From Oopsacas minuta (taxonomy: Eukaryota > Animalia > Porifera), in assembly GCA_024704765.1 (NCBI GenBank), contig JAKMXF010000354.1, positions 295,690 through 359,689 of the forward strand: 64,000 nucleotides of DNA. Direction: 5' to 3'. The notes under the pieces are model-generated. The model ran no database searches, was not told where the DNA came from, and was given only the letters and a program-made list of their open reading frames with translations. The translations under genes and the position numbers were made by a program. Each line of letters begins with the position of its first letter. The stretch's first letter is position 1. Positions 22,021 to 33,156 of this stretch are shown here, in pieces.

Positions 22021-22740
22021 TCTTATTAGGCAATTCTAATTCTGAAAAGTAATACATGGAGACATGGTAGTAATTATAACATATAAATATGTACTCGAGC
22101 TCTAATAGAAAACCTATTTACAGCTGTGTGGCTAGAATGGAGTTTCGCAGTGGGCATTTAAAAGTACGAACATCCTGATAAAGAAATTGAGGAAAACGTT
22201 TACTGTTTGCTTGTAATATGATTAAAACTAATAGATTTGATTAGTGTATGCATAGTGTATGCATGGTAGCAAGGCTCAGAAAAAATATATCACACCATGA
22301 TTTTGGATATTTACAAAAACAATCTGGTAAATTTTAGCTGAAGGATTTTCTCATACATATACTGCGATATGTACCTGCGACATAAATTTTGTGTTTTCTA
22401 ATCAGAAATTAAATATATATCCGAGGTAATAGGTGACCTCGGGGATCTCCCATACAGTCAATAATTTTGGTGCAGCTATATTTGAAATATCTTCGTTTCT
22501 AGAAATCATCTTCCACCAGGTTTCCAACTTTACATGGTAGTGCTGGTCTTGCAGCTTCTCTGAATATATTGCGAGAAACTGTTTCAGAATTTTGAAAAAT
22601 ATCAAAAAAAAACTTCAATTACGATAACACAATGCATATTGGAATTAAAGAAACTTTTTGAAAGATTTCATATTAATGAGCTAATGAACAATAGAAAGAA
22701 AAGGCATTGGTTATAACCAGAAACATTAATAGCTGATTAG

Positions 22741-25700
22741 TCAATCAATAGGGAGACTTTCATAAGGGATTTTCATAGAAGCCCCGCCAATTTCTGGACT
22801 TGGAACAGAGATTGAGGTGCTGTAACCAGGATTTGTGATTACTTGAGAATTGTGTTTTTCTTTCTTATTTTGGCTCTGAGCTTGTCTTAACGAGCTCTCA
22901 ATTGTAACAGGTTCAAGTTGAATCGCCAAGAAGTTATTTGCCTCACTACTTTGGTTAGCACTGGGACTCTCGGTGTGTCCTTTCCTGTTTATTCGGAATT
23001 TGAGAGCAGCTGGTGGTTTGTTACTGGTAGGGTTAGAACCAGGATTTGTATTGGAGGCAATTGGAAACGAACTAGCCTGATGAACTGGTTTCCATAGGAA
23101 TACATACATGACAATCTCTGGGGTACGGAACGGATATAGAATTGTAAATATCACCCCTTGTAGCCCCAGTACGATTGTGAATATGAATGCAGTCGCTGGA
23201 GTAGGGACAGAGGCGAACACTGAGAATAACCAGGGAAGACCAAGAAGTGGAGCTAGAATAAATGTAGCGAGTAATACACTACGTAGTTGTACAAATAAAT
23301 TTCCTTTTCCTTTTGAAACTTTGAACAAGACTATAGCTGTAAGAACAAGAGCAACAAAGTTTGCAAGTGTAACTATTACCATCGGTATTATGAAAGCTAG
23401 ACTGACAAATCTTGGCTCATTACTCAACCAGCATACTTCATCAATATCGTCTATGATATATTCGTGTGTAATGGAGGGGGTGATTATCAGAAGTGGGATG
23501 GGCAAGCTCCAGCTAAGAATCACTAAGTAATGCCAGAAACGACGCTCCACCCCCCAAGCAAATATCTTAATAAACAAATATAAACCGATAGAGAAGGATG
23601 CAGTGAACACAGATAGCCAGAAATAGTATTGGATTATAGTCAGAGCAAGGCAAATTGGCCTATTGCTATACGCTCCAGCTGAAAAGATAAAGAATAACAG
23701 AGCTAGCAAGAGAGCTACAGCGAAGTTAAAATGTAGAATCGTAGCATCTTTCTTGAACAAAGAATTAGCTAGCTTTCTAGTCCTGATCCATAGAATGATA
23801 TAAGATACCACTGATATTAATAAAAATATGATAGAGAGCGATCCTAATAAATAGGATAGAATTTCTATGGCGAGATTCTCTTGTGGAGTTAGGTTCAAAG
23901 AAATAGCTGAAACTAACACTGCAAAGTTAGTGAGATGAGATACAGAACATTGAGCTGGACCAGGAAGAACCTGAGGAGAATTGGATAGAGTTGTTCCACT
24001 AGTTATCCACCCTTGTTCAATACTCTGAGTAGAAACACAAGAGTATGATATGGCAAACTTAATACTGTTATCTAACAGAGGAGGATCAAATAACAAACCG
24101 AATGATAACAATATATCTTCATTCAATTGTTCTACCATTCCTATTCCTCGTGTGAATATATTCAGATTTGAGATAGCTGTAGCAATAGAATCATTAATAC
24201 TCGTCTCTCTGGCAGTCCGACTAACAACGGCATCTACTTCTCCAAGTAACAGAGATAAACTCGGAAAGACAGAAAAGCTAACCTCAACTCCATCACCAGC
24301 ATCATTAGCCCGTACAACATTAGCAGGAATAGATACTGATGCTTGTCCTCGTGACAGAGCAGACTGATCACCAATAGAAGCAGGGCCAATGAACACTGCA
24401 TCAACAGGATCACTCACAACAGCAACAACAAGTGCTACATTCCTCTCTTCAATCAAAACACTAGAATTGACAGGGATTACTGAACCAAGCAGTTGACCAA
24501 GTTCCTCAACAGTGGTTACTATACTCGATATTTCAGTTTCAGTCTGTGTCTGTGGAGATTCTAAGAAAGCTATTCTATTCTCACTCCTGAATACATTAGA
24601 AGCAATAAGGACTATGTTATCTTGTACTTGAGCTAGAGTGTTAATAAGCTCATTCCCAGTAAGATTCATCAGAGAATCTCTAATAGCTTCTAACGAGGAT
24701 ACAGTTTGCATAATCTCGCCAGGATATAGAACCCCACTAGTAGCTGATGCTAGCTGTATTGATTGTATTATACTCTCTTCTGGTGTAAATGGGCCCTGAC
24801 CATTGTTTTGTAGAGACAGGAAGGAAGCACTTAAACAGTTTTGATAATTTGTTTCTTCTCTAATACCAGCAATATTGCATCGTTTGGAAATTGTGCCAAA
24901 CAGAGTGCTGTCTAGTTGTGTGCAGGGTATTATCGAATCGGAGTCCAGGGGTGTCGCCGGGAAGGTCAAGTCAATACCAAACTCATTTGACTCTGTAAAA
25001 GAAGCACACACAGAGTTAGATATTGTTGAAATATTGCATGTCCTTCCTCCAAAGAATGGATCACAATCACATACGTAGTTTTCAGGTGGAAGTAGATTAA
25101 TGCATATACCGTTAACACAATTGTCTGGTAAATTACATTCGTCAATATCAACACACTGCCCGTTTATTCTGGTGTAACCGTTGAAGCAGATACAACTATA
25201 ACTTCCCTCTGTATTCACACAAGCTGAGTTTGTACATGGATTAGGGTCAGCACTACATTCATTGATATCCGCACAGGTTATGCCATTGAATTCATAACCA
25301 CTAAGGCAATCACAGAAAAAGGAATTGTTCGAAAACCCTTCTGAACACATTCCTAAACTCCCACAGGGTTGTTGTGATGAGCAGATCGATGAAGTAATAG
25401 GAAGAGGATTGAATGCTAACTGTGGATTACTTCTTACGCATCGTTCTGGTCCGGGATGTAAACGTGTAGGATCGTAATTGAAGTACAAGTATACTTCATA
25501 TTCTGTCAGAGATTGCAGAGGTTCAATAGAGTAGAATCCTAACTGACATGCAACAACTATACTAGCATCAAACTGAGTGGAGTAGGTGAATGATATCGTA
25601 GAATCAACACAAAAGGATGAAGTTATATCCCAATAAATTTGGATAGAACTAGATGTCACATTGTATGTTAGGTTTAGAGATTCTAATAGAGTATAAATCG

Positions 25701-28700
25701 CACTAAGCCTTGAACCAGCCTCTGGTCTATATGCTCTCAGACCTCCGCTGTATATAGCTTCAACAAAGAAGTTATAGTCTAAGAGTGGAAATAATTCGAT
25801 ACTACCCTCAAGTGAAGAAGAAGATTCCTCACAGAAATAAAAGTTCGATGTATCACTAGGACATATATCAATCTGAAGGCCACTAGTGATAAGGGGAGAT
25901 ATAGGCCTACCTAGAAAGCAGCCTGGAAATATGAACACCGGACATTCTTCAGTCATGCTAAATGTTGTGGAAGATGGCAGAGCATACAGTGTATAAGACT
26001 CAAACTGTTGTGCGATAGGAATCAAGGGAGAACTGGTCCATTCTACTTGATATACGTTTGAACTTAAGTTAGTTGGAAGTAGAAAGTCAGTTATAAAGGG
26101 AGCAGCTGCTTCAGGGAGAAAAGAAAATACACCTCTAGTAGAGATAGCTATGTGAGTAGGATCAAAGAAATTTAGTACAAAGTTGGATCCTGGAAACTGT
26201 ATTGGTTGATATGGGAAGATGAATAGCACTACTGGATCTGTGTTATTTGGCATTTCTAACAGAGCGGAGCTGTTGAAACAAGATTGAACTCTAAATATTT
26301 TGCTTATTACATTATCATCACTGTAATGAAATACAGTCCTACTGCCGTTGGTACAAATCTGAGAATCGTATTGGAAGAAGAAAGTTCTTGCAAATCCAGA
26401 GATCGATATTAAATCCAGAATGAAATCATCCGGGTATACAGAATCAGAAGTGTGATAAAAGGTAGCACCTTGTAGCTCGTAAACAACAACAAATTTGTAT
26501 TCATAGCCGGGTATAATGTTAAGAACTGCATTATCGAGGGTTGTAGTAAGTATGGAACATGTTAGTTCAGCACTACCATTAAGACAGTATTGGTATAAAG
26601 TTTCTATAGGGAATTCTAGCGACTGGGTAAAGTCTAAAGGGAAGGGAAGTAGACTTGTAGAATACACTGAGTTTATTTGATCAGTGAATGCAGTGACACC
26701 TGTCGGTATTCCCATTAAAGTATAAGAGGATACTCCAGGAACAATATTCCATTTAACTTGTACATTGGCGAAATCTAAAATTTTAACTTCCTGAATGAAA
26801 TCAGGTGTTGTTACTTCATTAAAGGAGATTTGGAATGTTGGGCAAGATGAGATGAATGTATTTGAATTGAAGAATATTTCTGCATCGATACAATAGGTAT
26901 TCGAATAATTAAGATTATTGATTACATATGAACCTACTACACATTCCAAAATGACTATCTTGTAGCTAGGAGAGAGTGGGGTATCTCTCCTTCTCCTAAG
27001 CTGAGGGGGAGGTGTCGTAATAAATGGGAATTCAATTGAGGGGTTACATTGATCCCAATAAAGATAAATATACGAGTCAGGCGGACAGTAGAAGTCAGTA
27101 TCCCATTCTACAAGAACACTTGTATTAGAGATGAGCTGTACGCTTGTATAGAGGAGTGACTGTTCATTGATAAGATCGGGATCATTAAGATTGGGAATAC
27201 CGTCAAGAGCAGACTCAAATATTCTAACACTGTTTGATGAATTCACACGAATAGCATGATCGAATCCTGGGAGAACATTAACAACAAGATTAAGAGTCCT
27301 CTCAACAGTTATGCAAGTATAATTGGACGTATTCTCACAAGGAAGGAGAGGCATGTCTACCAAGCTAAAAAATTGTATAGGTGACGGGGTTAGATTGATG
27401 AGTTCAGTATCATTAGTGATATTCGGACACTGAGTAATATTGTTCAATTGGAATTGATTGACTCGGTAGGGTAGGAAATATATAGTTGCAGGTTGATCGA
27501 ATACTCCGTTGATAGCAATGCTTAGAGAAATGGTGTTGTAATTGAGATATGTAAATTCTAGTACAGTACTAGATGGGAATGCTCCAAATCTAGAGATTTG
27601 GTTAGATTCGAAACCGCTTAAGCATGTGCTACCATCTGTAGTTACCGTATCAGTGAATATATAACCGTATGTGTCGAAAGCAGGTGGAACGACTGTCAAC
27701 AAAGTGGGAGTAGATTCACAGGAAATAATTTTATTCCCAAAAAATAGCGATGCAAAAGGAAAATTTTCAACTGACGAACGGAGAACTAAAGTATTCTCAA
27801 ACACTCTGAAAAAAGTGAAAGAGATGGGTAAGCAGAGATTACTACTCCAAGAGGCTTCCTGATAGCTAAGTCCTTCTATTCTTCCGAAACTGATATCTAA
27901 TGCTGAGTATATTGCTGGATAGCTCTGTACCTTAGTTAATATACCAGTCGCCGCGTTCAGTAGTACAGCTTCTACGATTATACCGACAGCATAAGTAGAA
28001 TCAATTGGAACAATCAGCTGTGTATGGTTGCTAAACAAAGAATAGCATTGATAGGGAAGAGAGGCACCGGAAATGAGAGGACATGAGAGATCAAACTGCT
28101 GAGGAGCATTAACACCGTAATTATAATATTCAGTAGGAAATAGGCTGAATTCTTCTGCATGTGTTTCTGAATCCAAATTGTTACAAGAACTGCCGTTATA
28201 CCTCAGAGCATATACAGGGAAGATATACACGTTAAAATAGTCATCAGGAGTGACTACAATTGTTGACCAATCAATTGCAATGTTTTCATCAAAGCTACTT
28301 ATTGATCGGATAACAGGGATATCTATATTCTGAATAAAACCCCCAAATGCTTCTAATGTAATCCTAGTGTATCCACATGTGTTGTCAGGGATAAGATTTG
28401 ATGGGGAAATAAATCGAATATCTGTGTATACGTACACCAACTCATTAAATTCAGGAGTTGGTATGTACAGATAAACAAAATCACCTCCACACAAAGTATC
28501 GGAATCTATTTCGATATTGTGTAAGAATTTCCCCAAAATGGATTCTGTGTAATGGATTGTCATTCTATGCTGTTCACAAAAACTGATGTCAGGGGTAATC
28601 CAGCTCAATAGGACTCTATTTCCAATTGCGAAAGGAAACGAAGAGTTATCAAGAATAAAATTATCATAATTTTCCTCAACAAAACCATTACTAAAAACTG

Positions 28701-29898
28701 TCAACCTCAAAAAGTCTGCATAAAACTCAGATATCAACAAACTATTGCAGGAATCCATGAGTATGGTTATATCAGTGTAGATTGTTTGGATACAAATAAA
28801 CTGATCTACTCCCACGAATATGTCTACAAGCAAACTCAGATCACTCGTAACATAGCAGAGATAATCACTCGAATTTTCACAAGGAAGAGATTCGTTGATA
28901 TTCAATCTAAAGTACATTGTGTTCAACTGTACTGCATAGCCAGGAGGGTACTCACAACTTCCATGATAATAATCAACTTTCTTAGCATAAATGAATACTT
29001 GATAATACACTGAATCGCTTGGACGGAGGTTAAATGGAGCAGAGAAAAAAACATTTGCTTGTTCGTAACCAAAAGGAGAAACGAAAACCGATAATGTATT
29101 AACACCCCAATCAGACAGAGAGAATTGTTTGAGTACAGCGATGGATAAAAAGTCAGAAGTGAGACTTAGATAATTTCCGAAAACATCTGAAAAGCTACCG
29201 CCTGAAAGCATAAGGACACAAGGACATATATCGTTAAATACAGACACCTCAGTTACGGTAAGAAGAATTGTATAAGTCTCAGAAGCTAAGCCAGTTTCAA
29301 TAGTAAATACTCCATTGGTGAGATTTGATATCTGAATAGATTGATCCGCGGACTCGATGGAACTTCCAGAATTGTTAAAGGAATCAAGAATAATGGGTTC
29401 ATTAAAGATAAACATTAGCGTCCCCAATAGTAAATCAATTTCTACTCTAGTCAATAGAGGAGGAGTTGTATCAGGGATAACATTTAGCTGAATAGGTACC
29501 GATAGGATGGGAGAGATTTGTAGGAAAGTTGATTCGGAGCTGGTGAGACATTCAATACTAGGATTATTGCTGATAAACAACTTTATTTCTGTGGAATTAG
29601 ATGGAGTTAGTATAAATGTATGTACAAATGAAGTTACAGGTTCGAATATGAAAGACAAAGATGGAAAAGTACAATTAGAGCTAAAGTTTGCGTCATTGGA
29701 AAGTGTAAAATCCTGGCCTAAGAAGCATAAACCATTTACTGATTCATTGAATGCGAGGATGATACTGATGCTTGCGCCCTCAAACGAGAGAGAAGTATTC
29801 TCGTTAACAATAGAAGATGGTAGAAGATCGAAAGCAAGGGGACCACGAATGGATGTGGATAATACAACGAATATAAATAATGCTATGAGAGTTCCCAT
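22741..29898 (-). CDS. Adhesion GPCR 1 (2385 aa): signal peptide, FN3/Ig-like ectodomain, EGF-Ca repeats, HormR-like, GAIN/GPS, 7TM
   Basis: EGF-Ca DINECSADPNPC and DIDECNLPDNC; GPS CSVSHLTNFAVL; secretin-class 7TM (LHFNFAVALL, YYFWLSVF, CWL, LLGLPWLF). Coding region intronless. Confidence 0.93.
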   Translation of the reverse strand: MGTLIALFIFVVLSTSIRGPLAFDLLPSSIVNENTSLSFEGASISIILAFNESVNGLCFLGQDFTLSNDANFSSNCTFPSLSFIFEPVTSFVHTFILTPSNSTEIKLFISNNPSIECLTSSESTFLQISPILSVPIQLNVIPDTTPPLLTRVEIDLLLGTLMFIFNEPIILDSFNNSGSSIESADQSIQISNLTNGVFTIETGLASETYTILLTVTEVSVFNDICPCVLMLSGGSFSDVFGNYLSLTSDFLSIAVLKQFSLSDWGVNTLSVFVSPFGYEQANVFFSAPFNLRPSDSVYYQVFIYAKKVDYYHGSCEYPPGYAVQLNTMYFRLNINESLPCENSSDYLCYVTSDLSLLVDIFVGVDQFICIQTIYTDITILMDSCNSLLISEFYADFLRLTVFSNGFVEENYDNFILDNSSFPFAIGNRVLLSWITPDISFCEQHRMTIHYTESILGKFLHNIEIDSDTLCGGDFVYLYIPTPEFNELVYVYTDIRFISPSNLIPDNTCGYTRITLEAFGGFIQNIDIPVIRSISSFDENIAIDWSTIVVTPDDYFNVYIFPVYALRYNGSSCNNLDSETHAEEFSLFPTEYYNYGVNAPQQFDLSCPLISGASLPYQCYSLFSNHTQLIVPIDSTYAVGIIVEAVLLNAATGILTKVQSYPAIYSALDISFGRIEGLSYQEASWSSNLCLPISFTFFRVFENTLVLRSSVENFPFASLFFGNKIISCESTPTLLTVVPPAFDTYGYIFTDTVTTDGSTCLSGFESNQISRFGAFPSSTVLEFTYLNYNTISLSIAINGVFDQPATIYFLPYRVNQFQLNNITQCPNITNDTELINLTPSPIQFFSLVDMPLLPCENTSNYTCITVERTLNLVVNVLPGFDHAIRVNSSNSVRIFESALDGIPNLNDPDLINEQSLLYTSVQLISNTSVLVEWDTDFYCPPDSYIYLYWDQCNPSIEFPFITTPPPQLRRRRDTPLSPSYKIVILECVVGSYVINNLNYSNTYCIDAEIFFNSNTFISSCPTFQISFNEVTTPDFIQEVKILDFANVQVKWNIVPGVSSYTLMGIPTGVTAFTDQINSVYSTSLLPFPLDFTQSLEFPIETLYQYCLNGSAELTCSILTTTLDNAVLNIIPGYEYKFVVVYELQGATFYHTSDSVYPDDFILDLISISGFARTFFFQYDSQICTNGSRTVFHYSDDNVISKIFRVQSCFNSSALLEMPNNTDPVVLFIFPYQPIQFPGSNFVLNFFDPTHIAISTRGVFSFLPEAAAPFITDFLLPTNLSSNVYQVEWTSSPLIPIAQQFESYTLYALPSSTTFSMTEECPVFIFPGCFLGRPISPLITSGLQIDICPSDTSNFYFCEESSSSLEGSIELFPLLDYNFFVEAIYSGGLRAYRPEAGSRLSAIYTLLESLNLTYNVTSSSIQIYWDITSSFCVDSTISFTYSTQFDASIVVACQLGFYSIEPLQSLTEYEVYLYFNYDPTRLHPGPERCVRSNPQLAFNPLPITSSICSSQQPCGSLGMCSEGFSNNSFFCDCLSGYEFNGITCADINECSADPNPCTNSACVNTEGSYSCICFNGYTRINGQCVDIDECNLPDNCVNGICINLLPPENYVCDCDPFFGGRTCNISTISNSVCASFTESNEFGIDLTFPATPLDSDSIIPCTQLDSTLFGTISKRCNIAGIREETNYQNCLSASFLSLQNNGQGPFTPEESIIQSIQLASATSGVLYPGEIMQTVSSLEAIRDSLMNLTGNELINTLAQVQDNIVLIASNVFRSENRIAFLESPQTQTETEISSIVTTVEELGQLLGSVIPVNSSVLIEERNVALVVAVVSDPVDAVFIGPASIGDQSALSRGQASVSIPANVVRANDAGDGVEVSFSVFPSLSLLLGEVDAVVSRTARETSINDSIATAISNLNIFTRGIGMVEQLNEDILLSFGLLFDPPLLDNSIKFAISYSCVSTQSIEQGWITSGTTLSNSPQVLPGPAQCSVSHLTNFAVLVSAISLNLTPQENLAIEILSYLLGSLSIIFLLISVVSYIILWIRTRKLANSLFKKDATILHFNFAVALLLALLFFIFSAGAYSNRPICLALTIIQYYFWLSVFTASFSIGLYLFIKIFAWGVERRFWHYLVILSWSLPIPLLIITPSITHEYIIDDIDEVCWLSNEPRFVSLAFIIPMVIVTLANFVALVLTAIVLFKVSKGKGNLFVQLRSVLLATFILAPLLGLPWLFSVFASVPTPATAFIFTIVLGLQGVIFTILYPFRTPEIVMYVFLWKPVHQASSFPIASNTNPGSNPTSNKPPAALKFRINRKGHTESPSANQSSEANNFLAIQLEPVTIESSLRQAQSQNKKEKHNSQVITNPGYSTSISVPSPEIGGASMKIPYESLPID

Positions 29899-30790
29899 TT
29901 ACCTAAAATAAAATATTAACAGTAAATTAATGTAAATATAATTTCGTCTTCACAAAATCATTTATTTACGGTATTCCCCAATTACGCGTCGGATTTTCTT
30001 CTGAATGTTATTTCCAGAAAGGCTTTTTGGTTATTGGGAAGGACGGTAATTACAGAGAATAAACATGCAACTCACCTTTCGATGTTGCTTGTGTGAAACT
30101 TTTCAGAGATATGAAGTTGAAGGTAATAAAGAAATGAATTAAATGTTGTCATTATTATTGCAATTTATAAGAGAATTATCTTCCCCATTGGTATATTATA
30201 TTTCACTTAGGTCAGTTTAATGGCATTATGTGTTGCATGAATAAAATTAAAAGATCCAAATGTATTAACGTATGGATATGATGTAAACCAAGCAAATCAA
30301 TGTTATTCCGATCAAATCACCAATTATGTACAGATTCTTATACGAGGTATCATATTGAACGGTCGTAAGCAGGTAATAACTCCAATAGATTATGATGTAG
30401 TAGAACGTAATTGAATTTTATGGTTAGAGGCTGCTGATTGAAAGTCTGTAAGCTATAAGGATAATAAGATGGATAATTATTACTGGGAATCAAAGAATGT
30501 AAGGCAACCTGAGGCGAGTCCTCAGGAATATTAATCAATACGATATATCCAGTAACAATTTGTGTTTTTATGGGACTTTAAATTTTGTTTAAAAATAAGC
30601 GTTGTAGAGAAACAAGGAAATATATATATTCAGTGTAAATATTAAGTAATTAAAATCAAATTGTAAGATTATCAATTTCATATAAATTTCCTCTATTTAA
30701 TACACAAAAATTTAATTTACAATATTAAGCCATTTGTAAGAGACATGATTTCACAATGTAGTGATAGATTAAAATTAGTAAACAGGTTTC

Positions 30791-31733
30791 ATGGCCTCTT
30801 GTAGCACAACACTACAAGATAGAGAACATATACTCGCCTCACTAACAAAATACAATCAACACCTTACAACGATTATTCAGAAAACAGCTGATGATGTCAT
30901 AATTAACCCAACTGAGCCAACAGAAGATAAATTTCATAAAATCCTATCTCAACTCATTCCTTGTCTCACTGAGTGCTACCAAGCTATAGGTGCAAGAAAT
31001 TCCTTAGAATTTTACAGAAACCTAAATATCGAGTCAGATGAAGTATCTGCTGTAATGAAGAAGATGGATGGATTAACAGCTAGATACCATGAAATGTTGA
31101 GTAAAGTTGATGACGTAATACAGAACGAAGGACCTAAGGGTAACAATAAGATTACAACAACATTTTGATAATTATAACATTTACTTCTGTTTTTAAGATT
31201 TGAGGCTCTCAGAAATTATTCTAATTGATGTACTTACAAATGAGGCATTTAGCTTTGAAACAATTCTACAACAGAAGAAATACACAATACTTGTCTTATT
31301 ACGTCATTTTGCATGACACCCATGACATGCCCATGTGTCCAGACTCAACAAGTGGCAGTCTAAATTTATTGAAAGGTGCGTGCAGGTTGTGCTAGTTACA
31401 TTTAACTCTATACATGAGGGTGCGTCTTGGTTAGAGAGAACTCCTACAGATTATCAACTACTCTCCGATACACACAAACACATCTACAAATTACTAAACA
31501 TGAAGCGGTCGTACTACAAAACTTGGCATTCTACAGCTATTCATTACTACACAGAAAAGCTGGTTAATAACGCTAAGTTGATAAAACCTCTTATACATGA
31601 TGATCTGGAACAGACAGGTGGTGACGTAATACTGGATAAGTCTTGTAATATTCTATACACTCATTACTCAGAGGCCACAATAGATAGACCTACTGCTGAA
31701 GAATTGCTACATGTAGTTAACAGTTTAAACTAG
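30791..31733 (+). CDS. SELENOL: Selenoprotein L (AhpC/Trx-like, UxxU motif); exons 30791-31139 and 31198-31733, 294 aa with Sec at TGA 31314 and 31323
   Basis: A 58-bp phase-1 GT-AG intron joins the two ORF-track pieces. The reading is LVLLRHFA-TGA-HP-TGA-HAHV, followed by family motifs LLSD...IYKLL and QTGGDVILD...DRPTAEELL. A SECIS lies in the 3' UTR. Confidence 0.93.
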
Positions 31734-31750
31734 CATTATTGCGTGATAGT

Positions 31751-31811
31751 ATAAGCTATGTGATAGTGTGGAGCAAAACCCCAAGAGCTTCACACTAGAT
31801 TTCTGCTTTTC
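31751..31811 (+). promoter_or_regulatory. SECIS element (GUGA-core variant)
   Basis: GTGA (31760-63), 11-bp stem TAGTGTGGAGC / GCTTCACACTA (one G-U), apical AAAA, 3' GA (31798-99), lower stem aagc/gctt. It begins ~20 nt after the SelL stop. Confidence 0.92.
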
Positions 31812-31947
31812 TCTAGTAAACAAATATACAATGCAATATATTGTAATGGTAAAACTATGGGCCACCCGGTGTCACAGTGGATAGTGTTCCCTATGAATAA
31901 TGTTCCCCGAGTAATGAAAAGAAACACTAAAAATTTACCACTTCCTT

Positions 31948-32204
31948 TTAACCAATTTCGCACCAAAAACGAGATTTTAGCATCTTTTTGACGTCATAAA
32001 TCACACATTTCCGGCAGTATTCGGTTAATAGAAATGCAGAGACAAAGTTTGCTATGTTTTTCCAAAGAAATTTAAATGAAATCAGCCAAAGGTCAATTAC
32101 AATAACTCTACTTTAAAAATGTAAATCTGCATGAGGAATATATAACTACCTTTGAGAGAGGATCAGGCTCTTTATTTACAAATTTTGATGTTGGAAAGGG
32201 TTAA
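31948..32204. mobile_element. Possible degenerate piggyBac-like MITE
   Basis: Right end ggaaaggg|TTAA; left TTAA|ccaatttc matches only weakly. Confidence 0.25.
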
Positions 32205-32775
32205 TTTTGCGCAAGTTCCGTATGCAGATATACTTATTTACAAATAATTAATTTATAGCTCAACTATACTATAGTACAGTTTTTCTATGTTCGAGAAAAG
32301 GTCATTTTTTGGGCCTAATGAAAGTCACCTTTTGGAATGAAGGTATTGGGTTTTTGTATTACAAAAACCTGTACTATACTATGGCTCAGCTAAACATAAG
32401 GAATCTGACTTATTTAATAGCTCCTAAAAAATAAATGTATAACACAAATCCTTAGAAGGCCTAAGTGAATAATGTAGTTTAGGTACTAAAGACAACTCAC
32501 CTATCTATTTCATTACTTCTAGCTGTTCTCAGATTATGACCAGAAGAATTCAGATAATTTTAACGTGTTCCAAAAGCAACATTCTTGCAGTAAAATTCAT
32601 CACAATGACTAAATGAAGATCTTGCTATACGTATACTTACGCATAATATCACTATCATAATACATGGTACCAAAAGGAGTATTCCTTATTCACTAAAATA
32701 TGTCAATTGGAGTATATAACATATACACCAATATTCTGGTCCTAATTTCCAGCGACAAGTTTCTAGGATATCAAG

Positions 32776-33156
32776 ATGGGAGAAATATATCCACCAAAAA
32801 ATACTTGAGGAAAAAGATAAGGAGGTGGAGCAGGCCCCCAAAGTGCCCAAATTACAGCAAGACTACAAACGTATCCAAAACTACTCACTTGTCAAATATA
32901 CAGACATGACAGAGAAATGCAACAAGATGCGATAGATGTTTGTGTGTGTGCTTGTGAGAAATTCCCTGACAATAAGGAGTCCGCATCGAAAGATGTGAAA
33001 GAACAAATGGATGCACGCTACGGGAGAGGATGGAGTGTTGTGATAGGAGAGGGAATCTCTTTTGAAATATCCTACACTATACAGAATATTCCCTACCGTT
33101 CACGTCTCTACTTATTCTTCGGAGATGTTGGTGTTTGTGTGTGGAGGTGTTTATAA
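32776..33156 (+). pseudogene. DNAL4: DNAL4-like axonemal dynein light chain with frameshifts
   Basis: DYKRIQNYSLVKYTDM is in one frame and MQQDAIDVCVCACEKF...WSVVIGEG...VCVWRC in another, with a 1-nt deficit at ~32912. ATG-GGA-GAA (MGE) at 32776 hits TGA at 32806. Confidence 0.7.

Noticed and set aside
23108-23530. Antisense ORFs over both aGPCR 7TM regions (23108-23530 + and 49548-49901 -) that resemble each other (NNQGRPR.GAR)
   Set aside because: The similarity follows directly from conservation of the sense-strand TM codons; these are shadow ORFs.
31335-31733. RPTAEELL suggested a protein-kinase C-terminal fragment, and the two TGAs suggested a pseudogene
   Set aside because: The upstream frame, the UxxU context and the SECIS identify selenoprotein L.
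32349-32369. Palindrome GGTTTTTGT-att-ACAAAAACC containing the V(D)J RSS nonamer, with a CACAGTG at ~31875
   Set aside because: No heptamer lies 12 or 23 bp from either nonamer.
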